64,000 nucleotides of DNA from Thermoplasmata archaeon (GCA_020696365.1 JAEHCM010000001.1:166987-230986), one strand, 5' to 3'. Positions 48,460-59,900 are shown, numbered from the stretch's first letter. Numbers and translations: made by a program. The notes: a model not told the origin generated them from the letters alone.

Positions 48460-49899
48460 ATGAGCGACCCTGAGATCAATGTTCTGCTTGTGGACGACGA
48501 GCCCGAGTTCGCGGAGCTCGTGCATTTCTTTCTAGGCAAGCAACACGATATCACCGTTCATTCGACGAACACTGTCACGAAAGCGCTAGAAATGATTGAT
48601 ACGACGGAGTACGACGCCATTGTGTCCGACTACATGATGCCCGAGATTAACGGCATAGACTTCCTGAAAATACTGAGGGCAAAAGGCAGTTCGATCCCCT
48701 TCATCCTCCTGACGGGTCGGGGGAGGGAGGATGTCGCCGTCCAGGCCCTTAACTAGGGGGCGGATTTCTACGTGGAGAAGCACGGAGACCCGAAGACGAT
48801 ATTCGCTGAGCTGGCCAACGCCACGAAGCAGTGCGTTGAGAAGAGGGTGGCGCTCGAATCACTCATGGAAACCCAGAATCGATTCGAGTCTTTCATGGAT
48901 CATAGTCCTACCATATCCTTCATAAAGGACCTTCAGGGTCAATATGTGTTCGTGAACAGGGAATACGCGATTATGCTCAATATCCGCAAAGAGGATATCG
49001 TCGGCAGGACAGATTTAGATCTTTGGCCCAAAGCAGCGGCCGAGTCGTTCCGCGAAGCCGACAAGAGAATAACATCATCGGGAATCGGCGAAAAGTTCTC
49101 TGAGGTCATTGAGCAGTCGGACGGCGTGCACGAGTATCTGACTTTCAAGTTCCCCCTCGTCAACTCAAAGGGGAAGGGCACTCTCCTCGGGGGTGTGTCC
49201 TTTGATGTTACGGACATGAAGAGGTACGAGTCAGCGCTTGAACTGGCGAACACCAAGTTAGGAATCCTCGGGGATCTGACCCGCCATGACGCCATCAACC
49301 AGGTCTCTGTGCTTGAGGGGTGGCTGTCACTACTGAAGGAAGATGAATGCGCCGCGGAATTGAGGAACCATCTGGAGAATATGACCGTTGCGACCAAAAC
49401 CCTCAGGGAACAGCTCGAGTTCGCTGGAGAGTATGAAGCTGTGGGGGCGGATAATCAGGCATGGACCGATATCCAGGAGGCTTGCGTGGACGTTTGGGGC
49501 AAGATGGCGGTAGATGACATCATGTTCGAATGCCAATGCTCTGGGTTTGAGGTGCTAGTCGATCCGATGTTCCCCAAGGTGATTCGAAACCTCGTGGATA
49601 ACACTGCGAGGCACGGAGAGGGTGCGGAGATGATCCGCATCTTCTGCCAGGAGACACCTGACGGCCTACGCCTGGTCTATGAGGATGACGGTGCGGGAAT
49701 CGCCTCCGAGGCGAAGGTCAAGATCTTCGACAAAGGCTTCGGAACCAACTCTGGCTTTGGCCTCTACCTGATTCGGGAGTTGCTGAGGATAAGCGATGCG
49801 AGACTCCGCGAGGTTGGCGAGCACGGCAAAGGAGTCCGCTTCGAGATTGTTTTCCCTGAGGGCAGGTATCGCCGCAAGATGGCTAGCGAGAAGGGGTAA
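48460..49899 (+). pseudogene. REC-PAS-HisKA-HATPase hybrid kinase with an in-frame TAG at 48754-48756 (nonsense or read-through)
   Basis: LVDDEP...SDYMMP...ALN*GADFYVEK continues in frame into PAS, RHDAIN and N/G1/F/G2 boxes. Confidence 0.8.
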
Positions 49900-49981
49900 T
49901 CGTTTATAGCCGTGAGCATCTAGAAGCCCCCGAATGAATGGTCGCGACGGCAGGGTCAGTGGCCCGAGACGCCTCTCTTCG

Positions 49982-50599
49982 ATGTCCCGGCAGCGGGTGA
50001 TCGAGGCACAGCTGTCTTGGATATCCTGCACGGTCTTGTTCTTCTCTACAGTCTACGTCTTGCTGAAGTTCGACGTGCTTTGGATCGTATTCGGAATCGT
50101 TGCGCTGTCCCTCTATGTGCTCCCGATTGTCACTTTTCGTAACCCCTTCAAGGCACTCCCGTGGGAGATGACGATCCTCCTTTCATCTCCAATCTTACTT
50201 CACGTATCTGAGGGTTCGCGGTTGATGAGCGAGCATGTCGCATGGTGGGACGACGTCACATCGCTCGCTTTTGCCTTCTCATTGTCAACGATTGGCTTCC
50301 TGCTGACCATCGAGTTGCATATGTACACGGCCGTTCGCATGAACAGGACTTTCTCCTCGTTCTTCGTTATGATGTTCACTCTCTCGATGTCAGGTTTCTG
50401 GCTCCTGGGCGAGTACATCGGGGACGAGGTGTTCGGAACGTCGAACCTGCAGACGAATGACGCAGTCATGGTCCAACTGCTTTGGGCCCTGATCGGGGGG
50501 CTGCTGATGGGGCTTCTGTATGCGGCGTATACGCGGGCGATGCCTGACCAGCGCAGGCGCACCCTCGGTCTCCTGCTCATGTGGGAGGTGCAGAGATGA
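49982..50599 (+). CDS. membrane protein, degenerate paralogue of the next gene
   Basis: LPWE, WWDD and FW..GEY..D align with the motifs of 50596-51240. Confidence 0.7.
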   Translation: MSRQRVIEAQLSWISCTVLFFSTVYVLLKFDVLWIVFGIVALSLYVLPIVTFRNPFKALPWEMTILLSSPILLHVSEGSRLMSEHVAWWDDVTSLAFAFSLSTIGFLLTIELHMYTAVRMNRTFSSFFVMMFTLSMSGFWLLGEYIGDEVFGTSNLQTNDAVMVQLLWALIGGLLMGLLYAAYTRAMPDQRRRTLGLLLMWEVQR

Positions 50600-51240
50600 A
50601 GGAAGGGTTGAAGCTGGCTTCGCGCGCCATGCAAGCAGGAATGGTCGGGCTCGCTATATCGGGCCTACTCATGCGCGAGTACACGTACATCCCCGCAGCA
50701 TTGATCGCGGTATTCATCAGCACCCTCCCGAGCGTCATAAGACGCGATCTCAACCTGGTTCTGCCGGTCGAGCTCAACTTCTGGATCGTCCTCGCGTTGT
50801 TCGTACACATCGTCGGCAGCTTCTCCGGGTTCTATGATAACCTTCCGGGCTGGGACCATCTGACACATGCGATGTCCGCCTCGTTAGTGGCGGCGTTGGG
50901 CTTCGTCGTTGTTACTGCTGTGGACAAATACGCAGACAGCATCTATCTCCCTCCTGCATTTATCGCACTCTTCATCATCATGTTCACGATGGCCATCGGC
51001 GTGATCTGGGAGCTAACGGAGTACTTGGTGGATGAGCTCACTGGCAACCATCTCCAGTATTCGCTGACCGACACGATGAGGGACCTATTGTTCGACACAA
51101 TAGGTGGTTTACTGGTGGCGTCCGTGGGATCGTTCTACCTAACGCACACTTCCATCGACCACTTCGTCGATACACTCCAAGTCGACAAGGCGAAGGAGAG
51201 GGTCAAGGAGGTTCTAGAGAGACGTGCCAGGAGAAAGTGA
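50596..51240 (+). CDS. DUF2238-like membrane protein (putative metal-dependent hydrolase)
   Basis: H..G, Y...WDHLTH, WELTEY..D and DTMRDL motifs. Confidence 0.75.
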   Translation: MKEGLKLASRAMQAGMVGLAISGLLMREYTYIPAALIAVFISTLPSVIRRDLNLVLPVELNFWIVLALFVHIVGSFSGFYDNLPGWDHLTHAMSASLVAALGFVVVTAVDKYADSIYLPPAFIALFIIMFTMAIGVIWELTEYLVDELTGNHLQYSLTDTMRDLLFDTIGGLLVASVGSFYLTHTSIDHFVDTLQVDKAKERVKEVLERRARRK

Positions 51241-51245
51241 TTCGG

Positions 51246-51851
51246 TCAGCGCCGTGAGATGTGGTCCACGACTTCAGCGAGGTCATCCTGCGTGTTGACA
51301 TTGATGAAGCTCTCGAGATGGGGGTCGAACCGCCTGATGTCTTCCTCGTCCACTGTTGCCAGATTGAGCAAATGGTATGCGTCTTTTGGCCTTCTCCGCC
51401 CAGAGGCGACGGTCTGTTCGAAAGCATCCAAGCAGGTCTTCCGGCGATAGCAGGCGTGGAGTGGTTCCAGATAGCCACGAACGAAGGGCACCGCCCCGTC
51501 CTTGCCTTCGCCGTTGTTCACGACAGCCCTGCACATCTCTGGCCTGAGGAGAGGGGTGTCACACGGGCTGACGACAACATAATCGCCTCCTGCCGCCCTC
51601 ATCGCGGTTGTCAACCCATGGAGTGGCCCGATCCCTTCTCTCTCGTCTTCGACTATTATCGTGTCATTTGAGAGGAATCTTGCATATTCCTCAGCTCGTC
51701 CTCCCGCTACGGCCACAACGACCTCGTCTGCCAGCATCCGCATCGTCGCTACTACTCTGCTGACCATTGGCTCATCGTTGAGCATGACAAGCCCTTTCTC
51801 CTGGCCGAAACGTGTGCTTGTTCCGCCGGAGAGCACAATCCCCGTCAGCAT
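51246..51851 (-). CDS. mobA: molybdenum cofactor guanylyltransferase
   Basis: LSGG.STRFGQEK, GPL.G, PCDTP, EPLHA.Y and NVNT motifs. Confidence 0.9.
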   Translation of the reverse strand: MLTGIVLSGGTSTRFGQEKGLVMLNDEPMVSRVVATMRMLADEVVVAVAGGRAEEYARFLSNDTIIVEDEREGIGPLHGLTTAMRAAGGDYVVVSPCDTPLLRPEMCRAVVNNGEGKDGAVPFVRGYLEPLHACYRRKTCLDAFEQTVASGRRRPKDAYHLLNLATVDEEDIRRFDPHLESFINVNTQDDLAEVVDHISRR

Positions 51852-51972
51852 GTCCACGGGATATCTGGTCGTTCCACATGAACTTTGTCTGGAGAACAGG
51901 TTGGTTAGTGCCCCGGTTTGGCCAAAAAGGTTATAATGGCCGACCATTTTCGAACGCTTGCGGGAGAGCGAG

Positions 51973-53019
51973 ATGCCGAAGATAACCATGGCTCAGGGAG
52001 CTGGCGGGGAGAGGATGCAGGAGTTCATCCGTGAGTTCGTGCTGAAAGAGCTTGAGCACGATTTCGGAGATATTCCGCTGGGAGCCCTCGACGACGCCGC
52101 AGTTGTCGATGGCATCGTGTTCACCACTGACTCATACACCGTCAAACCGTTGTTCTTCCCCGGAGGCGACATCGGCACGCTGGCGGTGGCTGGTACTGTC
52201 AATGACGTCTCCGTCATGGGTGCGACGCCCATAGCGCTGTCGTGCGGAATGATAATCGAGGAGGGGTTCTCCGAGGACGACCTTCACCGTGTCATGAGCA
52301 GCCTGAACAGAACCTCAAGATCGGCAGGTGTGAGGATAGTCACGGGCGATACCAAGGTGGTTGAGAAAGGCGCGGTCGATGAATTGTTCATAAATACGAG
52401 CGGGATCGGGAGACGTTCTATCCACCTCGACGCGAATCTGGAGCGTGTCCGTGCTGCGCGGGAATTTCTATGGGATTGGCCAAACGACTCGGGAGTCGCT
52501 GATGGCGACGTTCTCATCGTCTCGGGATCGATAGGCAACCACGGGGTCGCACTACTGTCATTCCGTGAGGGATATGGGTTCGAAACCGAGGTCCAGACCG
52601 ATGCGGCTCCCTTGAACCACCTGACCGAGTCAGCGGTGAAGGTCGGAGGCGTAGTCGCGATGAAGGATCCCACGCGGGGTGGCCTGGCAAATCTCCTGAA
52701 CGAATGGGCCGAGAAGTCCAAGGTAGGTCTCGTCGTGCGAGAAGAAGATATCCCTATCGACGACCCCGTCCTGGCTGCGTGCGAGATGCTGGGCATCGAC
52801 CCTCTCGAGATTGGAAACGAGGGCAAGGTCGTCCTGGCGGTGGTGCCCGATGCGGCTGAGGAAGTCCTGAAGGTGATCAGGAAGACTCCGGAGGGATCGA
52901 ACGCGCGAATCTTTGGCAGAGCCTCGAAAGACGTCGAGGGCGTACTGCTAGAGACGCAGACCGGGGGGAAGCGGTTGGTCGAGCCTCCCGTGGGAGACCC
53001 CGTCCCGAGGATATGCTAG
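51973..53019 (+). CDS. hypE: hydrogenase maturation protein HypE
   Basis: TTDSY.V.PLFFPGGDIG, GDTKV, DPTRGG and terminal PRIC. Confidence 0.97.
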   Translation: MPKITMAQGAGGERMQEFIREFVLKELEHDFGDIPLGALDDAAVVDGIVFTTDSYTVKPLFFPGGDIGTLAVAGTVNDVSVMGATPIALSCGMIIEEGFSEDDLHRVMSSLNRTSRSAGVRIVTGDTKVVEKGAVDELFINTSGIGRRSIHLDANLERVRAAREFLWDWPNDSGVADGDVLIVSGSIGNHGVALLSFREGYGFETEVQTDAAPLNHLTESAVKVGGVVAMKDPTRGGLANLLNEWAEKSKVGLVVREEDIPIDDPVLAACEMLGIDPLEIGNEGKVVLAVVPDAAEEVLKVIRKTPEGSNARIFGRASKDVEGVLLETQTGGKRLVEPPVGDPVPRIC

Positions 53020-53033
53020 CGGTCTATGCCGAT

Positions 53034-53522
53034 TTAATCATCTGAGACGAACTCTGATACGATCCTATCCACAATGGATGGGATGGCGGCTGCGACCGGA
53101 GGGGTCATGCTCTCGCTGACGTTCACGATGTCGTCGGCCTCGATGGCGACGAAGAAGACCTCCTTCGGCATCTTCTCCGGCACGATCTTTCTCCCCATAG
53201 CAAGCGCCGTCGCAATGTTGATGCCGTGAGGCGACGACCCGTGCACGGTCCTCTCGAACGCACTCTCTTCGAGCACATGGAATTCCCCTGGTCTCCCCTC
53301 GTCCGTCACGATGGCGTCCACGATGACCACTCTGTCGTAGCCCAGAACCATGTCCAGAAGCTCCAAACCGCTCGCGGGCAGCTCCTCCACATCCACGCCT
53401 TCGAGCCCGAGGTCCCTGAGCTTTCTCGCAACGTGAATGCCCACACCATCATCGGAGAGTATCGGGTTACCGACGCCCACTATCAACGTCCGGGGACGAT
53501 GCCGTTCATCAGAGATGCTCAT
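53034..53522 (-). CDS. hydrogenase maturation endopeptidase (HyaD/HycI family)
   Basis: GVGNPILSDDGVG, IVDAI and SPH motifs. Confidence 0.93.
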   Translation of the reverse strand: MSISDERHRPRTLIVGVGNPILSDDGVGIHVARKLRDLGLEGVDVEELPASGLELLDMVLGYDRVVIVDAIVTDEGRPGEFHVLEESAFERTVHGSSPHGINIATALAMGRKIVPEKMPKEVFFVAIEADDIVNVSESMTPPVAAAIPSIVDRIVSEFVSDD

Positions 53523-53594
53523 GGAGATACCTCACCGCCTAGCATGGTGGAAAAACATGTCGTCGAGGGGAGCCGCCCCTCGTGTGACAACACA

Positions 53595-55109
53595 TCAGAA
53601 GTTTCTCACGGTCTTCAGCTTCGACCCGTCGGCGCGTCTCACGTTTATCTCAAGGGCCGGAGAGCCGTTCAGAGCGTGTGTTCCGCAGGAGTTGCATGGG
53701 TCGTAGCATCGGAACGCCATCTCGACCTTGTTCAGCAGTCCTTGGGAGACTTCGCCGTTCTTGATCAAGGCCTTCGCCGCCTGCACGACGCTCGTGTTGA
53801 TCGCAGCGTTGTTGTTCGTCGTCGCTACGATCATGTTGATCTTCGTGCATAGCCCGTCCTTGTCCGAGGCGTAGTGGTGTATCAGCGTACCTCTGGGAGC
53901 TTCGCATATGCCCACGCCTTCCGTCGGCTCCTTGAACTCGCCTCGGGTGTCATCGCTCGTTATGACATCGTCGGTGACCAGCTCGAGCATCCTCTCCGTA
54001 GCGTGCTGCAGCTCGATCACCCTCGCCCAGTGGAACGCGAGCGTGTGATGGACTGGTCCTGTCACTCCCAAGTCCTTCACGGTCTTGGCCAATGCCTCGT
54101 ACTCCGCCTGTGCGAGAGGGGTTGTGTAGCCCTCGCAGACGTTTATCCTGCCGAGGGGTCCGACCCTGTATATCCCGCTTGACGGGCCTGTGGTGAAACC
54201 GTTCCAGCCGACGCTCTTCAGATATGGCATCTTCATGTATGACCACGGTTCGACGTGCTCGGCGATGACGTCGAGATACTCGCTCGGCTTGAACTTGACG
54301 ACCTCCTTGCCGGCCTGGTCGACGACCCGTATGTCTCCGTCGTAGAAGTTGCTCTTGTTGTCCTTGTCGACCATGCCCATGTAGTATGTCTCGAGGTAAT
54401 ACGCGTCCTGGTTCAGGATGAGTCCGAGGTAGTCCTGGTTGGCCAGCACGACATCGTGGAACAGCTTCGTCGTGAACTTGCCGAACTCGACGCACGACCT
54501 GGCCATCTCCTCCATCTGAACGCGCTCCTCCTCGCTTATCTGCTTCGAGACGCCGCCGGGTAGGCCAAAGCACGGATGCGTGGCCCTCCCTCCGACGATC
54601 TCCTGCACCTTCTGACCATACGAGCGGTGCTTGATGACCTCTGCGCCGATCTCGACGCCGACGGCATCCACCACTCCCAGGATATTCCTCTTGTTGGATG
54701 GCGCTGACGGTCCCAGCACGAAGTCGGGCGCTGCGAGCGCGTAGAAGTGTGCTATGTGGCTGTGGGTGTACTGTCCCATGTAGAACAGCTCTCTCAGTTT
54801 TGTCGCCGTTTCCGTCGGGGTGGCGTCGAACACCGCGTCAAGCGTCTTGGTCGACGCTATGTGATGCGCGGCCGGGCAGACGCCACACAGCCGGTTGGTG
54901 ATTATGGGCAGTTCCTGCACATGTCTGCCGATGCAGAACCTCTCGAAGCCTCTGAGTTCAGGAACTTGCCAGTAGGCGTTGGCCACGTTCCCCTCGTCGT
55001 TCAGGAAGATCTCGATCTTGCCGTGTCCTTCGAGCCTCGTGACCGGGTCGATCGTGAGTTTCTTCTCGGTCGTCTTGGTTGTCGTATCGTTGATTATCGG
55101 TCCGGACAT
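53595..55109 (-). CDS. mvhA: group 3c-type [NiFe] hydrogenase large subunit
   Basis: TRLEGHG, RLCGVC, EAPRGTL.H and DPCNSCGTH plus a cleavable tail. Confidence 0.95.
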   Translation of the reverse strand: MSGPIINDTTTKTTEKKLTIDPVTRLEGHGKIEIFLNDEGNVANAYWQVPELRGFERFCIGRHVQELPIITNRLCGVCPAAHHIASTKTLDAVFDATPTETATKLRELFYMGQYTHSHIAHFYALAAPDFVLGPSAPSNKRNILGVVDAVGVEIGAEVIKHRSYGQKVQEIVGGRATHPCFGLPGGVSKQISEEERVQMEEMARSCVEFGKFTTKLFHDVVLANQDYLGLILNQDAYYLETYYMGMVDKDNKSNFYDGDIRVVDQAGKEVVKFKPSEYLDVIAEHVEPWSYMKMPYLKSVGWNGFTTGPSSGIYRVGPLGRINVCEGYTTPLAQAEYEALAKTVKDLGVTGPVHHTLAFHWARVIELQHATERMLELVTDDVITSDDTRGEFKEPTEGVGICEAPRGTLIHHYASDKDGLCTKINMIVATTNNNAAINTSVVQAAKALIKNGEVSQGLLNKVEMAFRCYDPCNSCGTHALNGSPALEINVRRADGSKLKTVRNF

Positions 55110-55115
55110 CTTGAA

Positions 55116-56129
55116 TCACCCCTTCCTCTTGCGTTCCTTCACAGTCCTCTTGAGGAGGGACTTGGGGAGCGTGAAGGCGTAGAAAGTCCCGATCGGGTCT
55201 TTCACCTGCATCATAAGTTCTATTATCTGCTCCTCACTTAACTTTGACTCCGAATCCGTGATGTTGAGGATCGAAGCTAGCGCGCTCAGCATGCTACCTC
55301 CGTGGTCCATAACGGCCTTCGTCGGGCCCATGCAACCCCTACAGGGCATGTTGGCGACCGGGCACATCGCACCACAGCCCGCGCGCGTCGCGGGCCCTAT
55401 GCATATTATACCCTGGTCCAACAGGCACTTCTTAGGGTCGGCCTTGATCTCATAAGCCTGATAGATCCTGTCGATCCTCCGGTCCGTCTCGACCCGTTCC
55501 CGGTCGCATTCGTCGCAGAGCGTCTTGTCGGATGCGATGACAGTGCCCTTCGGCGGCAGAGGCGCCCCCTCCTTCACGTGCTTCAGGACAGCGCCGACTG
55601 CCACCATGATGAGGTCGACCGTAGGCGGACAACCGGGCATGAAGTAGTCGACATCTACGACCTCGTCAAGGGTCTTCACGGTGTCGTAGAATTCCGGCAG
55701 GGTCAACTCTCCCTCTGGCACCTTCACACTCGTCTGCGGCGTCACGAATTCGGGATTGTCGGTCGACTCGGTGTCCTTGTAGACTGTCTGGAACACCTCC
55801 TCCTTGTTCGTCACATTCGCGAGGCCCGGCGTCCCGCCGAAGCATGCGCACGATCCGAAGCTTATCATTATGACGGACTTCTCCCTCAGCACCTTCGCGA
55901 CATGTTCGTTCTCGCTGTTCCTTATCGCTCCGTTGTAGAACGCTACCGTGATTGACTTGTCCGGCATCTGCTCCAATTCGTGTAGCTTGCCGTCGAAGCC
56001 TATCGGCCAGAACACCACCTCGGCTATGGCGTGCAAATCCAGTATACTTGCGTCTATGTCCAGGAGCGCGACGTCGCATCCCCCGCAGCCCGCGCCCCAG
56101 TACTGCGCAATCTTGATCTTATCTGCCAT
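55116..56129 (-). CDS. mvhG: [NiFe] hydrogenase small subunit
   Basis: CGGC, GSCA, PGCPP, CDEC, C.GPAT.AGC and CRGC motifs. Confidence 0.95.
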   Translation of the reverse strand: MADKIKIAQYWGAGCGGCDVALLDIDASILDLHAIAEVVFWPIGFDGKLHELEQMPDKSITVAFYNGAIRNSENEHVAKVLREKSVIMISFGSCACFGGTPGLANVTNKEEVFQTVYKDTESTDNPEFVTPQTSVKVPEGELTLPEFYDTVKTLDEVVDVDYFMPGCPPTVDLIMVAVGAVLKHVKEGAPLPPKGTVIASDKTLCDECDRERVETDRRIDRIYQAYEIKADPKKCLLDQGIICIGPATRAGCGAMCPVANMPCRGCMGPTKAVMDHGGSMLSALASILNITDSESKLSEEQIIELMMQVKDPIGTFYAFTLPKSLLKRTVKERKRKG

Positions 56130-56131
56130 GT

Positions 56132-56515
56132 TCAGCTCACCTCCTTGGTTGAAGCGTCACTCCTCGGTACCGCCTTGTACTGCGGCGACTGTCCAGTCAT
56201 GCCGACCTGCTCGATCAGCCTCCACCGCTTGAGGGCTATTATGTGCCTGACTATCTCGGGCTTCGGCAGGCCTGTCGCGTCGTGCAGTTCGTGCACGGTC
56301 TGCGGACTGGCTTCCATCTGCAGTAGGAGCATGTTCCTCTCGAGCTCCACTGCCGCGGCCTTCTGCAGTATGAAACTGTATCGCCCGTCGGTGATCGTCT
56401 CCCCGAACACGTTTTCCTCAGTGGTCAGCGAGCCCTTCTTTCCGAGCAGCCAACGTATCCTCTCTCCCTCGAGAGTCCTCAGCGCTGCGTGTATCTTGAC
56501 CTCTCTCGGGTTCAT
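56132..56515 (-). CDS. small protein with C-terminal winged helix, homologous to the tail of the fused MvhD
   Basis: RIRWLLGK...NVFGE...ELER..LL...P.TVHEL...G.P..EI.RHI..L. Confidence 0.8.
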   Translation of the reverse strand: MNPREVKIHAALRTLEGERIRWLLGKKGSLTTEENVFGETITDGRYSFILQKAAAVELERNMLLLQMEASPQTVHELHDATGLPKPEIVRHIIALKRWRLIEQVGMTGQSPQYKAVPRSDASTKEVS

Positions 56516-56517
56516 CC

Positions 56518-56979
56518 TCAGTCACCACCTCTCATGGGGGACGGTCCGATCTCCTCAATCGTCTTCGTGAACTCGACCATCGTCTTCTGGAACTTCTCGC
56601 CCTCTCCGGCCGAGATCCACTCAAGCCTCAGCCTGTCAGGGTCATATCCGAACTGCTGGAGGAGTATCCTCAGAAGCGCGATCCTCCTGCGGGTCCTGTA
56701 GTTGCCTCCTATGTAGTGGCAGTCCGCCGGATGGCAGCCTGCGACCAACACGCCGTCGGCCCCTTTCTGGATCGCCCTCAGGACGAACTCCGGGTCCACT
56801 CTCGCGGAGCACATTACCCTTATCACCCTGAAGTGCGGGGGCATCTGCATCCTGCTGACACCCGCCAGGTCCGCGCCTGCGTAAGAGCACCAGTTGCAGC
56901 AGAACACGATTATCTTCGGCTCGAAGTCCTCGCCCTCGGCCTTCTCCTCGCTCTGGGCGCTCGGCGTTGTGCTGCTCAT
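56518..56979 (-). CDS. mvhD: MvhD [2Fe-2S] subunit
   Basis: CCNWCSYAGAD, RVMCSAR, GCHPADCHY and WISAGEG motifs. Confidence 0.96.
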   Translation of the reverse strand: MSSTTPSAQSEEKAEGEDFEPKIIVFCCNWCSYAGADLAGVSRMQMPPHFRVIRVMCSARVDPEFVLRAIQKGADGVLVAGCHPADCHYIGGNYRTRRRIALLRILLQQFGYDPDRLRLEWISAGEGEKFQKTMVEFTKTIEEIGPSPMRGGD

Positions 56980-59900
56980 TGCTTCACCTCCTGGTTCTCC
57001 GCGGCATCCTCAAGCGCCGCGTCTATCATCGCCACAATCTGCTCGTCACTGAAGCCCATCTGTGTTAGCGCTCCAGATGGACATGCGCCCACGCACGCTC
57101 CGCAGCCCTTGCACAGGCCCACGTTGATATCGAGGGTCTTCTTCTTCTCGTCCTTTTTGTCGGGGACGATCTCGAGCGCCTTGTACTCGCACGTCGGGAC
57201 ACATATGCCGCAGCCGTCGCAGAGCGTCTCGTCGAGGAACGCGACGATGCCCTCCGCCTCGAGGGTCGTCTTCGACAGTACGGTCATCGCGCGCGATACG
57301 GTGGCCAGACCCTGTCCGATGCACTCGTCCAGGAACTTCGGCCCGTGCGCCAGACCGGCGACGTACACTCCCTCCGTGGCGAAGTCGACCGGCCTGAGTT
57401 TCATGTGCGCCTCAAGGAAGAATCCCTCCTTCGTAATGGGCACCTTCAGCATCGGCGCGAGCTCCTCGGAGCCGTCACTCGGCCGCGTGCCTGCGGCGAG
57501 CACCAGGTTGTCAGGCGTGAGCACGACCTCCTTGCCAGTGTCCTCGTCCGTCACGCGCACCTCGATCTTGCCGCCCTTGTCCTCGACCTGCGGCTTGGTG
57601 CCGTCTTCGAACCTTATGAAGGTCACGCCCTTCTCGGCAGCCTCTTTGTAGTACTTCTCGCGGAAGCCGTAGGTCCTGATGTCCCTGTAGAGAACGAAGA
57701 CCTTCGCATCGGGGTCCTTCTCCTTCACCTTGATCGCCGCGGTCATCGTGCCCGTGCAACACACGCGCGAGCAGTTCGGATGGCCTTCCTCACGCGAGCC
57801 GACGCACTGTATGAACGCGTACGAGTCTCCCTTGACCTCGCCCTTCTTGAGCTTGTCCTTGAACTCGAGCAGGGTCATCACGCCGGGGTTTTTGCCGTAG
57901 AGGTACTCGCCATCCGGCTTGTACTCCTGCGCCCCAACGGCGACTATGACCGTGCCGTGCTCCATCTCCTCGCCGGACTCGAGCGTCGTCTTGAAGTTGC
58001 CGACATACCCGTCGATGCTCTTGACCTTCTTGCCGGTGTAGACAGTTATGTTCGGGTCGGAGGCGACCTCCTTCGCGAGCGACTGGACGTACTCCACCGG
58101 GTCGTCCCCGGACGGGAGGTAGTGCAGCTTCAGCAGGGTGCCGCCCAGCTCTTTCTCCTTCTCGACCAGATGAACCTTGACGCCCTGCTTCGCCAGCTCG
58201 AGCGCCGCCACCATGCCGGACGCGCCTCCGCCGACCACGAGCGCCTGCTGGTTGACATTGATTGTCAGGTTCTCCAGCGATTCCAGCAACCTGGACTTCG
58301 CAACGGCCATGCGCACGAGATCCTTCGCCTTCTTCGTCGCAGCTGCGGGTTCGTGCATGTGTATCCACGAGCATTGGTCCCGTATGTTCGCCATCTCGAA
58401 CAGGTACGCGTTGAGCCCGGCCTCCTTGATGGTGTTCTGGAACAGCGGCTCGTGCGTCCTGGGCGTGCAGCTCGCGACGACGACCCTGTTCAGGTTGTGC
58501 TCCTTCACCATCTGTTTGATCTTCTCCTGCGTGTCCTGCGAGCAAGTATACAGGTTCTCCTCCGCATACACGACGTTCGGAAGGGACCTCGCGTACTCAG
58601 CCACCGACGGCACCTTGACGACGCCGCCTATGTTGATCCCGCAGTGACACACGAACACGCCTATCCGCGGCTCCTGCTCCGAGACGTCTATCTCGGCAGG
58701 ATACTCCTTCTTCGTGACGAGCGTGTCCCTGGCAGATGCGATCTCGGACGCGGCCTTCGCCGCCGCCCCGCTCGCCTCCGCGACTGTCATCGGGATGTCC
58801 TTCGGCGACGAGAACGCGCCACTGACGAACACTCCCGGACGGGATGTGCTGACAGGGGTGAACGCCCCGGTCTCGCAGAAACCGTCGTCGTTCAGGCTGA
58901 AATTCATGACCTTGCTGAGCGCCTCGGCGTCCTCCGGAGGCCTCAGGCCCACTGCGAGCACGACCAGCCCGAACTCCTCCTCCTTGGGCTCCCCCTTCTC
59001 CACGTACTTGAGTATCAGGTTCTTCGTCTTCGGGTCCTCGAACACGGATGCAACCCTGGAACGGACGAACTCGATGCCGTACTCGTCCTTGGCCCTGTTG
59101 TAGTACTCCTCGAATTCCTTGCCGAAGGCCCTCATGTCCATGAAGAATATCTTGGGCTTGATGTTCCCGCCATGCTCCTTGGCTATGATGGCCTCCTTGA
59201 TGGAGTACATGCAGCAGACGCCGGAACAGTACTCGTTGCCGACCTTCTCGTCCCTCGAGCCGACGCATTGTATGAACGCTATCTTCTCGGGTATGTCCCC
59301 GTCCGAAGGTCTCATGACCGTGCCGAAGTGCGGTCCTGTGGCGCTGAGTATCCTCTCGAACTCGATGCTCGAGACGACGTTCTGGTACACGCCGTACCCG
59401 TACTCCGCCTTGAGCCTCGCGTCGAACTCGTCGAAGCCAGGCGATACGATGATCGAGCCGACCTTGATCTCGAAGTCCTTCTCCTTCTGATCGTATTCGA
59501 CCGCGTCGGCCTTGCACTCCTCCGCGCATATGCCGCAGCCGATGCACTTCTCCGGGTCGATCGAGTAGATGAGGGGCACTGCCTGCGGGTACTTGACGAA
59601 TATCGCCTTCCGCACCTTCGTGTTCTCGTTGTACTCGTCAGTCGTCTCTATCGGACACTTCTGGGCGCAGCTACCACAGCCCGTACATTTCGAGGCGTCC
59701 ACTCTGAGCGCCCTCTGCTTGCCGGTCACCGTGAAGTTGCCCTCCTGTCCGTCGACTTTGACGATGTCCGCGTTCGTTATCAGATCGATGTTGTGGTGCC
59801 TCCCGGTCGCGACGAGCTTCGGCGCCATGATGCACATGGCGCAGTCGTTCGTCGGGAAGGTCTTGTCGAGCTGGGCCATCGCGCCGCCTATGCTCGGTTG

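Noticed and set aside
48336-49899. Integrated element at the tRNA-Ser 3' end
   Set aside because: No integrase, and no repeated tRNA 3' end (att site) was found in the window.
9060-53019. Genome-wide TAG reassignment
   Set aside because: Ten genes end in TAG at expected C-termini, including hypE PRIC and cdc48 YYR.
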